Shown here piece by piece: positions 20,025-28,762 of a DNA stretch of 64,000 bases; the stretch's first letter is position 1; the number at the start of each line of letters is the position of its first letter. The notes under the pieces are model-generated. The model was not told the DNA's origin. It did not search any database and saw nothing but the letters and a program-made list of their open reading frames with translations. Source of the DNA: Elusimicrobiota bacterium (GTDB taxonomy: Bacteria; Elusimicrobiota; Elusimicrobia; UBA1565; JACRDR01); contig JBGFSC010000010.1 in assembly GCA_041694815.1 (NCBI GenBank), forward strand, positions 32,001 to 96,000, in the 5' to 3' direction. The position numbers and the translations under genes were made by a program.

Positions 20025-20053
20025 AGTTTAACAGGCGCCGGTACGGCTGTCAA
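20025..20053 (-). promoter_or_regulatory. Internal sigma70 promoter for the minor-pilin/hpnK unit
   Basis: TTGACA-N17-TAAACT with TGn extension on the minus strand. Confidence 0.65.
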
Positions 20054-20064
20054 GAACACGAAGC

Positions 20065-20103
20065 AAAGGGACGGGGCCCCACGGCGACAGGACCCGGACC
20101 CTC
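20065..20103 (-). terminator. Imperfect GC-rich hairpin after pilQ
   Basis: GAGGGTCCGGGTCC...GGGGCCCCGTCCCTTT followed by a short U-run. Confidence 0.4.
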
Positions 20104-20107
20104 ACCT

Positions 20108-21784
20108 TTAATCGTTAATGATCGTGGGCGTGATGAAGATGACGAGATCGGTGTTTTTCCGCTCGACCTGGGTGCTGGTGAAAAACCAGCCGAGTATCGG
20201 GATGTATCCCAATAAAGGCACCTTGCGTACGCTCTTGATCTCCTTCGACTGCAAGAGCCCCCCCAGCACGATGGTTTGCCCGTTCTTGAGCCGGAGCAAG
20301 GTAGAGGCCTTGCGTTCGATCGGGTCCTTGACACCCTTGATGAGGTTAGAGCCGGTCACGTCGGTAAAGGAGGGCTCCACCAGCAGCGTGACATAGCCCT
20401 CCTTGTTGACCTGCGGCGTGACGTTCAACACGAGGCCGGTCTCGATGCGCTCGACCTGTATCGTCGACACCTGGCTGGTGCCCGTCAAGCCGGTCGTCGT
20501 GACCTGCGATACGGCCTCCCGGGTAGTAATCTCGATGGTGGCGCGCTTATTGTTGAGCGTGAGCACCTTGGGCTTGCCCAGGAAACGACCCTCCCCCCTC
20601 ACGATGATCGCCCGCAATAGCACCGTGAGCTGTTCCAAGCTCAGTTTCGCCGGCGTCAGCACGCCGATGCCGCTGGTGCCCGCCGCGCTCGAGCCGCTGC
20701 CCAAGCGGTCCAACGGATGGGTATGGCCCAGATTCTTGGGAAGATTGAGCGGGAAGCTGGTGGTGCGCGCCCCGCCTGTAAATTGCGCCAGCTCGCCGGC
20801 GGATCCGCCCCATTCCACCCCCAACTGCTGCATGCGGCTGGAATCGATCTCCACGATCTGCGCTTCGATCATTACCTGAGGGACCTTTTTATCTAGCTCC
20901 GCGATGATTTGTTCGACCTGCGGGAAAACCTCGGGGATGTCGGTCACGATCAAGGCGTTGCTGCGCGGCTCCAGCGTCACCGAGCCGTGGGGAGTGAGGA
21001 TGCCGTTGAGCACGTTGAGGATGGCGATGGGGCCGTCAGTCTTGCTGGCACTCCCGTAGGTGCCGACGCCGCCCCCCTTGCCCCCGCTGATCGTTCCGCC
21101 CGGGATCTGCCCGCCGGACAAGGCGCTTCCCGGCATGGCGAAGCCTCCCATGCCGCCCATGCCCATTCCCATCCCCATCCCCATGCCCATGCCTGCCTCC
21201 GGACCGGCCGTTTCCAGAGGGACCAGCGGGATGTAGTTGAGCGTATAAATCCGCGTAATGCGGTTGGGACCCTTTTCCGAGCTTTTGCGGATCACGAAGG
21301 TATTGCTGCGGCCCAGCTGATGGTAGGTCATGCCCTTGACCTCCAAGAGGATCTGCAGCGCTTCCCGCACGGTCACGTTTTGCAAGGAAGCCGTGACCTT
21401 CACCGCCGAGAGGCCCTCGGTGATGATGAAATTGAGCTTCGACTGCGCGGCGATCGAATCCAGGAATACGGCCAAGGGCGTCTCGCGGACGCGGACCGTC
21501 ACGCGCGTCTCAAGGGGCGGGGTGGGCGGCGCCGCGGGCGCTTCCGCCGGGGCGATCTGCACTCCTTGCGCCCGCTGGATCGAGGGAGCCGAAGGAACGT
21601 CCAAGGGGCGCCCTGCCGGGGCCTCACCCTGCACTTGGGACTGGAACTCCGGATTGGGTTCCGGCTCGGCTCGCTGCCTCTGGGCCCACGCGGTCGAAAG
21701 AGGAGTCCCCAACACGTGGAGGGCCCAAAGCGCGGCCGCCGGCAGGGCCGCCTTGCGAATCTTGTAACACTTGGATGTCTTCAT
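20108..21784 (-). CDS. pilQ: Type IV pilus secretin
   Basis: STN domain, N3 domain, QVMIEAQIVE, G..LNVTPQV, VPLLGYIPILGWFF, LVIFITPTI. Confidence 0.88.
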   Translation of the reverse strand: MKTSKCYKIRKAALPAAALWALHVLGTPLSTAWAQRQRAEPEPNPEFQSQVQGEAPAGRPLDVPSAPSIQRAQGVQIAPAEAPAAPPTPPLETRVTVRVRETPLAVFLDSIAAQSKLNFIITEGLSAVKVTASLQNVTVREALQILLEVKGMTYHQLGRSNTFVIRKSSEKGPNRITRIYTLNYIPLVPLETAGPEAGMGMGMGMGMGMGGMGGFAMPGSALSGGQIPGGTISGGKGGGVGTYGSASKTDGPIAILNVLNGILTPHGSVTLEPRSNALIVTDIPEVFPQVEQIIAELDKKVPQVMIEAQIVEIDSSRMQQLGVEWGGSAGELAQFTGGARTTSFPLNLPKNLGHTHPLDRLGSGSSAAGTSGIGVLTPAKLSLEQLTVLLRAIIVRGEGRFLGKPKVLTLNNKRATIEITTREAVSQVTTTGLTGTSQVSTIQVERIETGLVLNVTPQVNKEGYVTLLVEPSFTDVTGSNLIKGVKDPIERKASTLLRLKNGQTIVLGGLLQSKEIKSVRKVPLLGYIPILGWFFTSTQVERKNTDLVIFITPTIIND

Positions 21785-21800
21785 CGCGCTCCTCCGAGAT

Positions 21801-22388
21801 TCATTTCAATCGCTTGGCGAAGGTCTTACCCTTAAATTTGAAAATCACCGTATTCTGCAGTATCTTCTCGACCCTCACCCCGTTGCTAAGGCTCTGCCCC
21901 TCCCTCAACACCTGGTCATTGACGATGGCCAGCCGGGCGCTTTGGGTCAGCGTGATCCCCTGGAGCCTAACCTTTTTCTCTATGGCCGGAGCCTGGACCT
22001 CGCCCGCCAGGCCGAGCTTGCTCCTCAATTCATTGGTGCGCGCGAGTTTGGATTCCTGCGGGGAAAGGGTGGGGTCGCGGCGAAACGGCGGGGCCTTCGC
22101 CGCTTCCGGGGGCGGCGGTGCCGGAGGAGCGGAGACTGCCGGTGCCCTCGGCGCCTCCTCCTGCCGGGCCAAGGCAACCGTCGAAGAGACTGTCAGTACG
22201 GGCGCGGACATGGGGTTGGGCAGTTTCGCCGCCATGGCCACTTCGCCGAACACGGGTCCGCCGGATGGTTTTCGCGCCGCCTCCTTGGGGCGGGAGTCCA
22301 ACGCGTTCCACCAATTCCAAAACATCACGGCCGGAACGAGTAAGGCGAGGGCCAGCAAAAGCCATCCCATCTTGCCCTTGGGATTCAT
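21801..22388 (-). CDS. PilP/GspB-like pilus assembly protein
   Basis: N-terminal TM, Pro-rich linker, RDP..., LQGI...AIVNDQVLREG; lies between pilO and pilQ; start ATG 22388. Confidence 0.7.
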   Translation of the reverse strand: MNPKGKMGWLLLALALLVPAVMFWNWWNALDSRPKEAARKPSGGPVFGEVAMAAKLPNPMSAPVLTVSSTVALARQEEAPRAPAVSAPPAPPPPEAAKAPPFRRDPTLSPQESKLARTNELRSKLGLAGEVQAPAIEKKVRLQGITLTQSARLAIVNDQVLREGQSLSNGVRVEKILQNTVIFKFKGKTFAKRLK

Positions 22389-22975
22389 CGCGCCGCTCCC
22401 TCTTTCGGTACCGCCGAGGCGACACTGATCGTCACCTCGTTGATTCCCGACTCGCGCTCGTCCTTGCGCAAGTTGAGCTTCGAGACATGCAGGAGCTTGG
22501 GCGAGTTCTCCATACGGGAGATCCACGAGGAGAGCTGGGGATAGCCGACCCGGCAGGTCACCGTCAAAGTCATGATGCGGAACTGGTTCCATTCCAAACG
22601 CGCGATTGGGGAAAGGGACGTGGACAATATGCCCTCTTCCTTCATCGAATCCCGCACGGCCGCCAATAGCCAATTTTCGGGATTCTCCGCGGGCGGAAGG
22701 CTCTCCGAAAAATTCTTGAGGCGTGCCTCGAGCTCCCGGTATCCGTCCACGTAACGAGAGGCGCCCCGGACGGACTCGAGGCTGCCGCGCACCCGCGCCA
22801 GTTCCGAACTCCCGCGGACATAAGCCAACTGATGGCTTGCCAGGAGAATCGCACCTGAGAGGGCCAGGGCGCGGGCGTAGCGCCGCAGGCCTCTCTCGCG
22901 AAGGGCGCTGACAATAATCTCGGCGTCCGACAACGCCGCCGCGATGGCCTCCTGCAATTTCTGTTTATCCCGCAT
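22385..22975 (-). CDS. PilO/GspM-like alignment protein
   Basis: TM, coiled coil, YPQLSSWISRMENSPKLLHV ferredoxin-like motif; operon position. Confidence 0.7.
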   Translation of the reverse strand: MRDKQKLQEAIAAALSDAEIIVSALRERGLRRYARALALSGAILLASHQLAYVRGSSELARVRGSLESVRGASRYVDGYRELEARLKNFSESLPPAENPENWLLAAVRDSMKEEGILSTSLSPIARLEWNQFRIMTLTVTCRVGYPQLSSWISRMENSPKLLHVSKLNLRKDERESGINEVTISVASAVPKEGAAR

Positions 22976-24560
22976 TTTTTCTCCCAGCGCTGCATTGGAT
23001 CGTAAAGCGAGTGCGGGACTTTTCTTTGCCAGCCTCGGAACCCGAGACCGCAGCCTCCACGGACTTAAACACCGCTCGGAAACGCTCGTCGCCGTAGAGG
23101 GTGTCGCGAAATCTATAGGCGATGTCCTGTTCGCTAATCTTATTGTCCGCCCATACGTTGCCCGAGAGGGTCAACAGATGCTTGGCCCCGGCGCCATCCG
23201 TCAGCGCCTCTTCCAATGGGTGCGTGTATTCAATCTGGGTCAACCAGGCCTCGCGGGGGATATCCTCAGACAACTGCTCGAGGAGACCGCTAACCCTGCT
23301 TTTTCTATCGGCCAAATACCGAACCGAATCCGCGCGCCTTTGCAGCTCGTTGACCATTTGCTCGATCGCCTCGAGCTTCTTGCCCTTGAAAGCCTCGGGC
23401 ATATTACCGCGCGTCAAGCGGCGCAGCTCCTGAGACTGGGCCCGCGCCCATGCCAGGCGGCCCATCCCCAAGCAAAACAGCAATGCGGCTACCGCCGCCG
23501 ACGAGGCGATGACCGTCCGGACCACCTTCCTGTCGATCGCATCTATTTTTCCTTCAGTGGCCAGATCGAGGAGCACGGCGTTGGGTTTGAGAGCGCGCAG
23601 GGCGGCCCCGAGGGCCGCGTACCCCCCCCATTCGCCGGCTTTAAGCCCCAAGGCCTTCGCCGGGTCCTGGAGCGAAACGGGCGAGCCGGCCTCCTGCGCG
23701 AAGGCCTCGCGCCAGAGGTGGAGCTCGGGGTTGGAGCCGCTCACGCGTATCTCGGGAGGCTTTTGAACCCCTAATTGCTTTTGGGCGAACTCCAGGCAGC
23801 CCGCCAAGTCGAGCTTGCGCCGATCGGCCACCTTGGCGTCCGGGCCAAGCAGAACTTCGCGCACGAAGACGGGGATCCCCTTCTCGGAGATCAGCACGTG
23901 GACGTTGTCGCTGTCAAAGTGGACCTGCGCGTACGGAATGGGGCGGCTGCCGCCCAGCTCGTCCCAGAGGCGGCCCACGGAACACGGGGACAGTTCCAAA
24001 CCGGCGAGCTTAAGACCCAGCTTGGATATCAGCGCGCGCACATTCTCCAGGTTCTTATTTTGGGTGACACCGTAGAGCGCGCCCTGTCGGGGGCGCAGGT
24101 CCGGTCCAGGCTCCAGGGACCGGATTTGGAAATCGCTGGCCAGGTCGTCGAATTGTACCGGGACGTATTTTTTGGCCTCGGCCGGAACGGCCGTCTGCCA
24201 ATATTTAGCATCGATCTTGGGCATCATAAAGTAACGCAGCAGCCCGAAGTGATGCGACAGCGTGACCACCGCATGGCTCGAGCTCCATTTGCCCTGGGCC
24301 ATGGCCTGCCTGATGAGGGCCGAGAGCCGTTCGGTATCCGCCAAGATATCCGTGCTCAAGACGCCAGTCATGCGCGTCTCGTTAGCCGCGTTCGAAGGAA
24401 CGGCCAGGCGCACCAGATGCTCGACGACAGGCTTACCTCCCTTAAGTCGCAGCTCCGCGACGAATACCGCCTTGGAGCTCAGATAGATCCCGACGCAGGA
24501 GTCCAGTTTCGGGAGCGATCTCCCGAAGGCCAATTGGTCCACCAATTCGCTAAATCCCAT
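22965..24560 (-). CDS. Fused PilM-PilN alignment protein
   Basis: Actin-like PilM region (VGIYL, EAKKYVP, D.QI), then TM, coiled coil and PilN motif LEQLSEDIP.EAWLTQI...LTLSG. Confidence 0.75.
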   Translation of the reverse strand: MGFSELVDQLAFGRSLPKLDSCVGIYLSSKAVFVAELRLKGGKPVVEHLVRLAVPSNAANETRMTGVLSTDILADTERLSALIRQAMAQGKWSSSHAVVTLSHHFGLLRYFMMPKIDAKYWQTAVPAEAKKYVPVQFDDLASDFQIRSLEPGPDLRPRQGALYGVTQNKNLENVRALISKLGLKLAGLELSPCSVGRLWDELGGSRPIPYAQVHFDSDNVHVLISEKGIPVFVREVLLGPDAKVADRRKLDLAGCLEFAQKQLGVQKPPEIRVSGSNPELHLWREAFAQEAGSPVSLQDPAKALGLKAGEWGGYAALGAALRALKPNAVLLDLATEGKIDAIDRKVVRTVIASSAAVAALLFCLGMGRLAWARAQSQELRRLTRGNMPEAFKGKKLEAIEQMVNELQRRADSVRYLADRKSRVSGLLEQLSEDIPREAWLTQIEYTHPLEEALTDGAGAKHLLTLSGNVWADNKISEQDIAYRFRDTLYGDERFRAVFKSVEAAVSGSEAGKEKSRTRFTIQCSAGRKNAG

Positions 24561-24561
24561 C

Positions 24562-26307
24562 CTATTCCCTCGCCGCGACAATGAAGACCTGCACCTCGTA
24601 ATTCTCCCCTTCCGCCACCTTGGACTGTATCTCGATGCGCTTGGGGTCGACCCCGTACTTATTCACCAGCAGTGCGGAGACCATCTCAGCCCGGTTGCGG
24701 GCCAACTCCGAGGCCCCAGTCTCGCTCGAACCAGCGTAACCGACCAGTTCGAGGCCCTCGCGGGGATAACGCTCTAAGACCTCCGCTAGGCGGGTCACGG
24801 TCTGGTCTCCTTCCGCCGACATCTGCTGCGTCCCCTTGGCGAAAGCGATCTTATAGCTCACTGTGCCAATGGTCGCGGCCGCGGGAGCGGCCGGGGTGCT
24901 GTCACTGCTTCCGGCGACCGCCGCCGTGGGCGCCGCCCTGGGCAATACGGTCTTGACGAAACCGGGCCGGGGCTTGGTCGCTATATTTTTGGCCTTCCTC
25001 TGACCGCGGACTGCCGGCAGATTGATCTGCGCATCGTAGAGGCGTCGCGGGGCAGCTTTAACCGCGGGGGGTGGCTTGGCGGGCTGCGTCGACACCGAGA
25101 CCACCGACGCCCCCTCCAAGCTGATCCAGCGATGGAGCGTCCGGGTGCGGTTACGGGCATCCGTGGCGCTCAATACGGCTTCATAGCGCCCAGGCGCCAA
25201 GTCTTGCCCGAAATAGCTCTTCTTGCCGTTCCAAAAGATTTGGTGGAAGACCGGAGCGGTCCCCACCACCTCCTGTAGAGGCCTCAGGCCCCCGGCGGCG
25301 CCCGCGCTTTGCCGGAGCTGGAATTTCCATGACATCAAGCCCGCGGGAGGTTCCTGGATGGAAAATTCGATGATCGCCCCTTCCCCACGATCCCCCCGAA
25401 ACCTTTCCGGCCAGACCCCCAACGAAATAGGAGGGCCCGATTCGTCAAAGGTGACCGCATCCGTGCTGAGAGTCAACGGTTGATTATAGGTAAAAAGGAC
25501 AATGATGCCGCGAAAATCGGCCAGGGCCTTGGGCAGATCGACCTGGGAGAGAAGGAGGTTCACACGCACCCTGGCCGGGGAAATCCCCGAAACGGTCAGG
25601 TGGGAGCTGATGCCCATCGTGCGGCGCATGTCGAGGATCTTCGTTTCCCCGGTGGAAAGTCCCTCGGGAAGGATTGAGACCTGCGTTCCTCCCAGATTGT
25701 AGACCAGGCCGGTTAGGCTCTTGAGCATCGCTAGCGCCGTTTTCTTGAAACGGATGTCCTTGTCGAAGAAAAGGGAGGTAGGGATCCCCAGAGCCCGCGG
25801 GTTTTGCGAGTCCGCCATAACAATGCGGATTTCGGGATGATTCTCCAGCTCAGCCAAGAATCTTCGGACCTGCTCGCGGATCTTCAGCTCGATCTCCCTC
25901 TTCATCACCTCCCGCCGGTCCTGCGACGGCTCCAGGCGCGCCTTGGGCGGGGCCGGCCGCGCTACGGTCGGAGGCGCCAGGGGTTTTTGGCCGACGATCG
26001 GCGGGTGTATGCTCGCGCCGGAGTACATGCGCTGGGTGATAAGGTTCAAGTAATCGTTGGCCATGGCGCGTTCGGACGGTTCGCCGCTGGAAAGCACTTC
26101 CATGAAATGATCCATCGCCTCCGAGTCCTTGCCCTGGTCATAGGCCCTTATGCCCGCCTGCATCGTCTTGCTCAGGCCCGCCCCGACGTATTCCTCGCCC
26201 GGGCTGGGCGGATTCGCTCCCGCTCCCGATAGGGCGAGCGCTAAGACCGCGCAGAATGCCGCCGTCGGGCGCCGCAGACGCCCGCCGGAGGCGAAAAAGG
26301 CGTTCAC
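24562..26307 (-). CDS. Exported OmpA-like peptidoglycan-binding protein with TPR-like and FlgD-Ig-like domains
   Basis: Signal; IFWNGK...PGRY FlgD-like region; C-terminal IAF...LVGYA...LARNRAEMV...GVDPKRI OmpA domain. Confidence 0.7.
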   Translation of the reverse strand: MNAFFASGGRLRRPTAAFCAVLALALSGAGANPPSPGEEYVGAGLSKTMQAGIRAYDQGKDSEAMDHFMEVLSSGEPSERAMANDYLNLITQRMYSGASIHPPIVGQKPLAPPTVARPAPPKARLEPSQDRREVMKREIELKIREQVRRFLAELENHPEIRIVMADSQNPRALGIPTSLFFDKDIRFKKTALAMLKSLTGLVYNLGGTQVSILPEGLSTGETKILDMRRTMGISSHLTVSGISPARVRVNLLLSQVDLPKALADFRGIIVLFTYNQPLTLSTDAVTFDESGPPISLGVWPERFRGDRGEGAIIEFSIQEPPAGLMSWKFQLRQSAGAAGGLRPLQEVVGTAPVFHQIFWNGKKSYFGQDLAPGRYEAVLSATDARNRTRTLHRWISLEGASVVSVSTQPAKPPPAVKAAPRRLYDAQINLPAVRGQRKAKNIATKPRPGFVKTVLPRAAPTAAVAGSSDSTPAAPAAATIGTVSYKIAFAKGTQQMSAEGDQTVTRLAEVLERYPREGLELVGYAGSSETGASELARNRAEMVSALLVNKYGVDPKRIEIQSKVAEGENYEVQVFIVAARE

Positions 26308-26378
26308 CGCCTTACTTTAACCCCTAAAGGGTTAATGGGTTATTTCGGGGCTGTTAAAAAGTTATTAACAAACCGGCC

Positions 26379-26837
26379 TTATTGCCTGAGTGCGGAACAA
26401 GGGTCCGAGGGATCGCCGCAATTGCCGCCACTGAAGACGAAGGAGTCCTGGCAGCGGTCGTAGGTCAGGCGGTAGAGCCCGAAGGTGTCGGAGACGCCCG
26501 CGTTGGTCGTGCGGCGGTCCATGATGATCGTATAGCAGGTATTGTTGCCGCCCAAGCTCGGGGTGTAGTTCCTCAAGCCGTAATTGGTCCCGTTGAAGAT
26601 GATGTCCAACTGCGGTAGGTTGCTGATGTTGGAGATATAGGCGCCGTTGCGGGCCATGTGCCGCTCTTGCGCGGAGCGCACGGCACTGATGAAGTCATAG
26701 GCTTCGCTGACGCGCGAGCGCTCGACCACCTTAAAGTATTGCGGGATGGCGACCGAAGCCAGGATGCCTATGATGAGCACCACCACCAGCAGCTCGATGA
26801 GCGTAAATCCTTGCGAACGTCTGTTCTTGCGGGTCAT
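26379..26837 (-). CDS. Type IV pilin (candidate major pilin, PilA/PilE-like)
   Basis: SQG|FTLIELLVVVLIIGILASVAIPQY; strong RBS gaggagg before ATG 26837. Confidence 0.9.
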   Translation of the reverse strand: MTRKNRRSQGFTLIELLVVVLIIGILASVAIPQYFKVVERSRVSEAYDFISAVRSAQERHMARNGAYISNISNLPQLDIIFNGTNYGLRNYTPSLGGNNTCYTIIMDRRTTNAGVSDTFGLYRLTYDRCQDSFVFSGGNCGDPSDPCSALRQ

Positions 26838-26848
26838 CGTTGCCCTCC

Positions 26849-28066
26849 TCAATGTGTCCCGATCTGCGACAGTTGGAATATCGGCTGGAAAATCGACATC
26901 ACGATCACCCCGACGATCGCGCCGATGAAGACCACCATGATCGGGTCGATCATGCTGGTGAAACGCCGGACGAACTGGTCGACCTGCTCCCGGTAAAAAG
27001 CCGAGAGGGTGCCCAAGATGTCCGGCAACTTGCCCGACTCCTCTCCCATCCACATCATTTCCGTGATCAGCCCCGGGAAAACACCGGACTTCTTGAAGGA
27101 AACCGCGATGGCCTTGCCGCTGGCCACATCGTTACGTACCCCCTTGAGCGCCTGCTGGAAGATGAGGTTATCCGCGAATACTCCCTCCAAGACAGAGATG
27201 GCGTTGAGTATGCTGACACCGCTTTCCACCAACGTCGACAAGGTCGACAGCAGACGCTCCAAGAGTATATTCTTTATGAAATTGCCGAAGAAGGGCAGGC
27301 CGAACAGGAATTCCGCCTTCGAGCGCTGGCCTGATTGGGTCATCAGGTATCCCTTGATTACGAAGCAGACGGCTAAAACCCCCAAAAGGATGCTAGGAAG
27401 GTTATAGACCAGGCTCGTCGAGATGAAGATGATGGTCTGGGTCAAAACGGGCAGTTTGAGATTGAAGCTTTTGAAAATCTCGGCGAAGGTCGGCACGATC
27501 TTGAGGATGAAAAAGGTCAGCACGCCGACCGAGATGGTGCCCAGGACGGCGGGATAGGCGAGCGCCGTGACGATCTTGGCCTTCATCTCCTCCTGGGACT
27601 GGATGTAGCGCGAGAGCTGTTTAAGCGTCTTCGGCAGTTGCCCGCCCATCTCCCCCGCTTGGACCAGGGAGATCCATAGCGAGTCGAAGATGTGCGGATG
27701 CCGCTCGAGCGCCTTATAGAGCGCCGAGCCGCTGGCCACCTCCTTGGTCACGGCGACGATCGCTTCCCGCAGCACGGGGCTTTCGGAGTGCTCGCCCAAT
27801 AAGGATAGGGTTCGGACCAGAGGCACTCCGCCGTTTAACAGGGTGGCCAACTGCTCGGCGAAAAAGGCAAGGTCGCGCCCGCCGACGCCGGAACGCTTCA
27901 AGAGAAGCTGACTGAGGCCTTTGGCACCGGTGTCCGATCGCAAGGAAAGGATGAAAAATCCTTTGGATTGCAGGGAGGTGATGGCGGAATTCTCGTCGGC
28001 CGCGTCCAGGACTCCGGAGGTAGTGTCGCCCCGGCTATCCTGGACGGTATAGGCGAATTTGCCCAT
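26849..28066 (-). CDS. pilC: Type IV pilus platform protein (T2SS F family)
   Basis: QLATLLNGGVPL, AGEMGGQL, ALAYP, GEESGKL, IDP. Confidence 0.92.
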   Translation of the reverse strand: MGKFAYTVQDSRGDTTSGVLDAADENSAITSLQSKGFFILSLRSDTGAKGLSQLLLKRSGVGGRDLAFFAEQLATLLNGGVPLVRTLSLLGEHSESPVLREAIVAVTKEVASGSALYKALERHPHIFDSLWISLVQAGEMGGQLPKTLKQLSRYIQSQEEMKAKIVTALAYPAVLGTISVGVLTFFILKIVPTFAEIFKSFNLKLPVLTQTIIFISTSLVYNLPSILLGVLAVCFVIKGYLMTQSGQRSKAEFLFGLPFFGNFIKNILLERLLSTLSTLVESGVSILNAISVLEGVFADNLIFQQALKGVRNDVASGKAIAVSFKKSGVFPGLITEMMWMGEESGKLPDILGTLSAFYREQVDQFVRRFTSMIDPIMVVFIGAIVGVIVMSIFQPIFQLSQIGTH

Positions 28067-28080
28067 CGTTTTTTAGTGTA

Positions 28081-28704
28081 TCAGGAGCCTCCGACACTGT
28101 CAAGGCGGGTAATTTTCGCCTGGAGTTTGAGGAAGCGACGCCGCAAATCCTCGTTTTCAACTTTAAGCTCCTTGATCGCCTCGATTAATAAAGCCTCCAC
28201 CCCCTCCTTATGGAGCCACCGATAGCCCTCGGTATCCGTCTTGACCCATGCAGGTATAACACCCTCGACCTGTTGCGCCAATAGGCCCATGTGCTCACCC
28301 TCAAGTCCCTTCATCGGCTTGCGCCATTCAAATTTCACGCCATTAAGCCGAACCACCGTATTGAGGGCGGAGGAAAGTGGCCGAATATTCTTTTTGAGCC
28401 GCTCATCGGAAAGGTTTCCCCAAACCCCCGTACTATTGCCTGCTGTTCCCATGACGTGCAATTGCGCGCCTGGATTAGTGGTTCCAATGCCAACACTTCC
28501 GCCATCACGCACCAGAATCGTATTCGCGTTGCCCCGTCCAACCGTCACGATCTGGTTGTATACCCCGCTCGGCGCCGGATAGCTCGTGACCAGCGTTAGG
28601 TTCTCGGAGCCGAGCCCCAAAGGAACGAGCATTACGGCCGTCGCGAGCAGGACGCGCGCAGCACCGGTGTCGAAACGAATCGAGAAGCGTATCTCATGTA
28701 CCAT
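28081..28704 (-). CDS. Exported fibre-like protein with intramolecular chaperone (Peptidase_S74/ICA) domain
   Basis: N-terminal hydrophobic segment, ENLTLVTSYPAPSGVYN, GSVGIGTTNP..LHV.G repeat, SDERLKKNI, GLLAQQVE, LIEAIKEL coiled coil. Confidence 0.85.
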   Translation of the reverse strand: MVHEIRFSIRFDTGAARVLLATAVMLVPLGLGSENLTLVTSYPAPSGVYNQIVTVGRGNANTILVRDGGSVGIGTTNPGAQLHVMGTAGNSTGVWGNLSDERLKKNIRPLSSALNTVVRLNGVKFEWRKPMKGLEGEHMGLLAQQVEGVIPAWVKTDTEGYRWLHKEGVEALLIEAIKELKVENEDLRRRFLKLQAKITRLDSVGGS

Positions 28705-28756
28705 ATTCCCTCCCAGGAAAGTTGAGAAAGTGTAGAAAGTGGATACCTGGCACCGT
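28541..28756. repeat. Direct repeat copy 1 (leader plus 5' coding region)
   Basis: Matches 29211-29426 at offset 670; 28616-28756 differs at only 3 positions by manual comparison. Confidence 0.95.
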
Positions 28757-28762
28757 TAGGCG

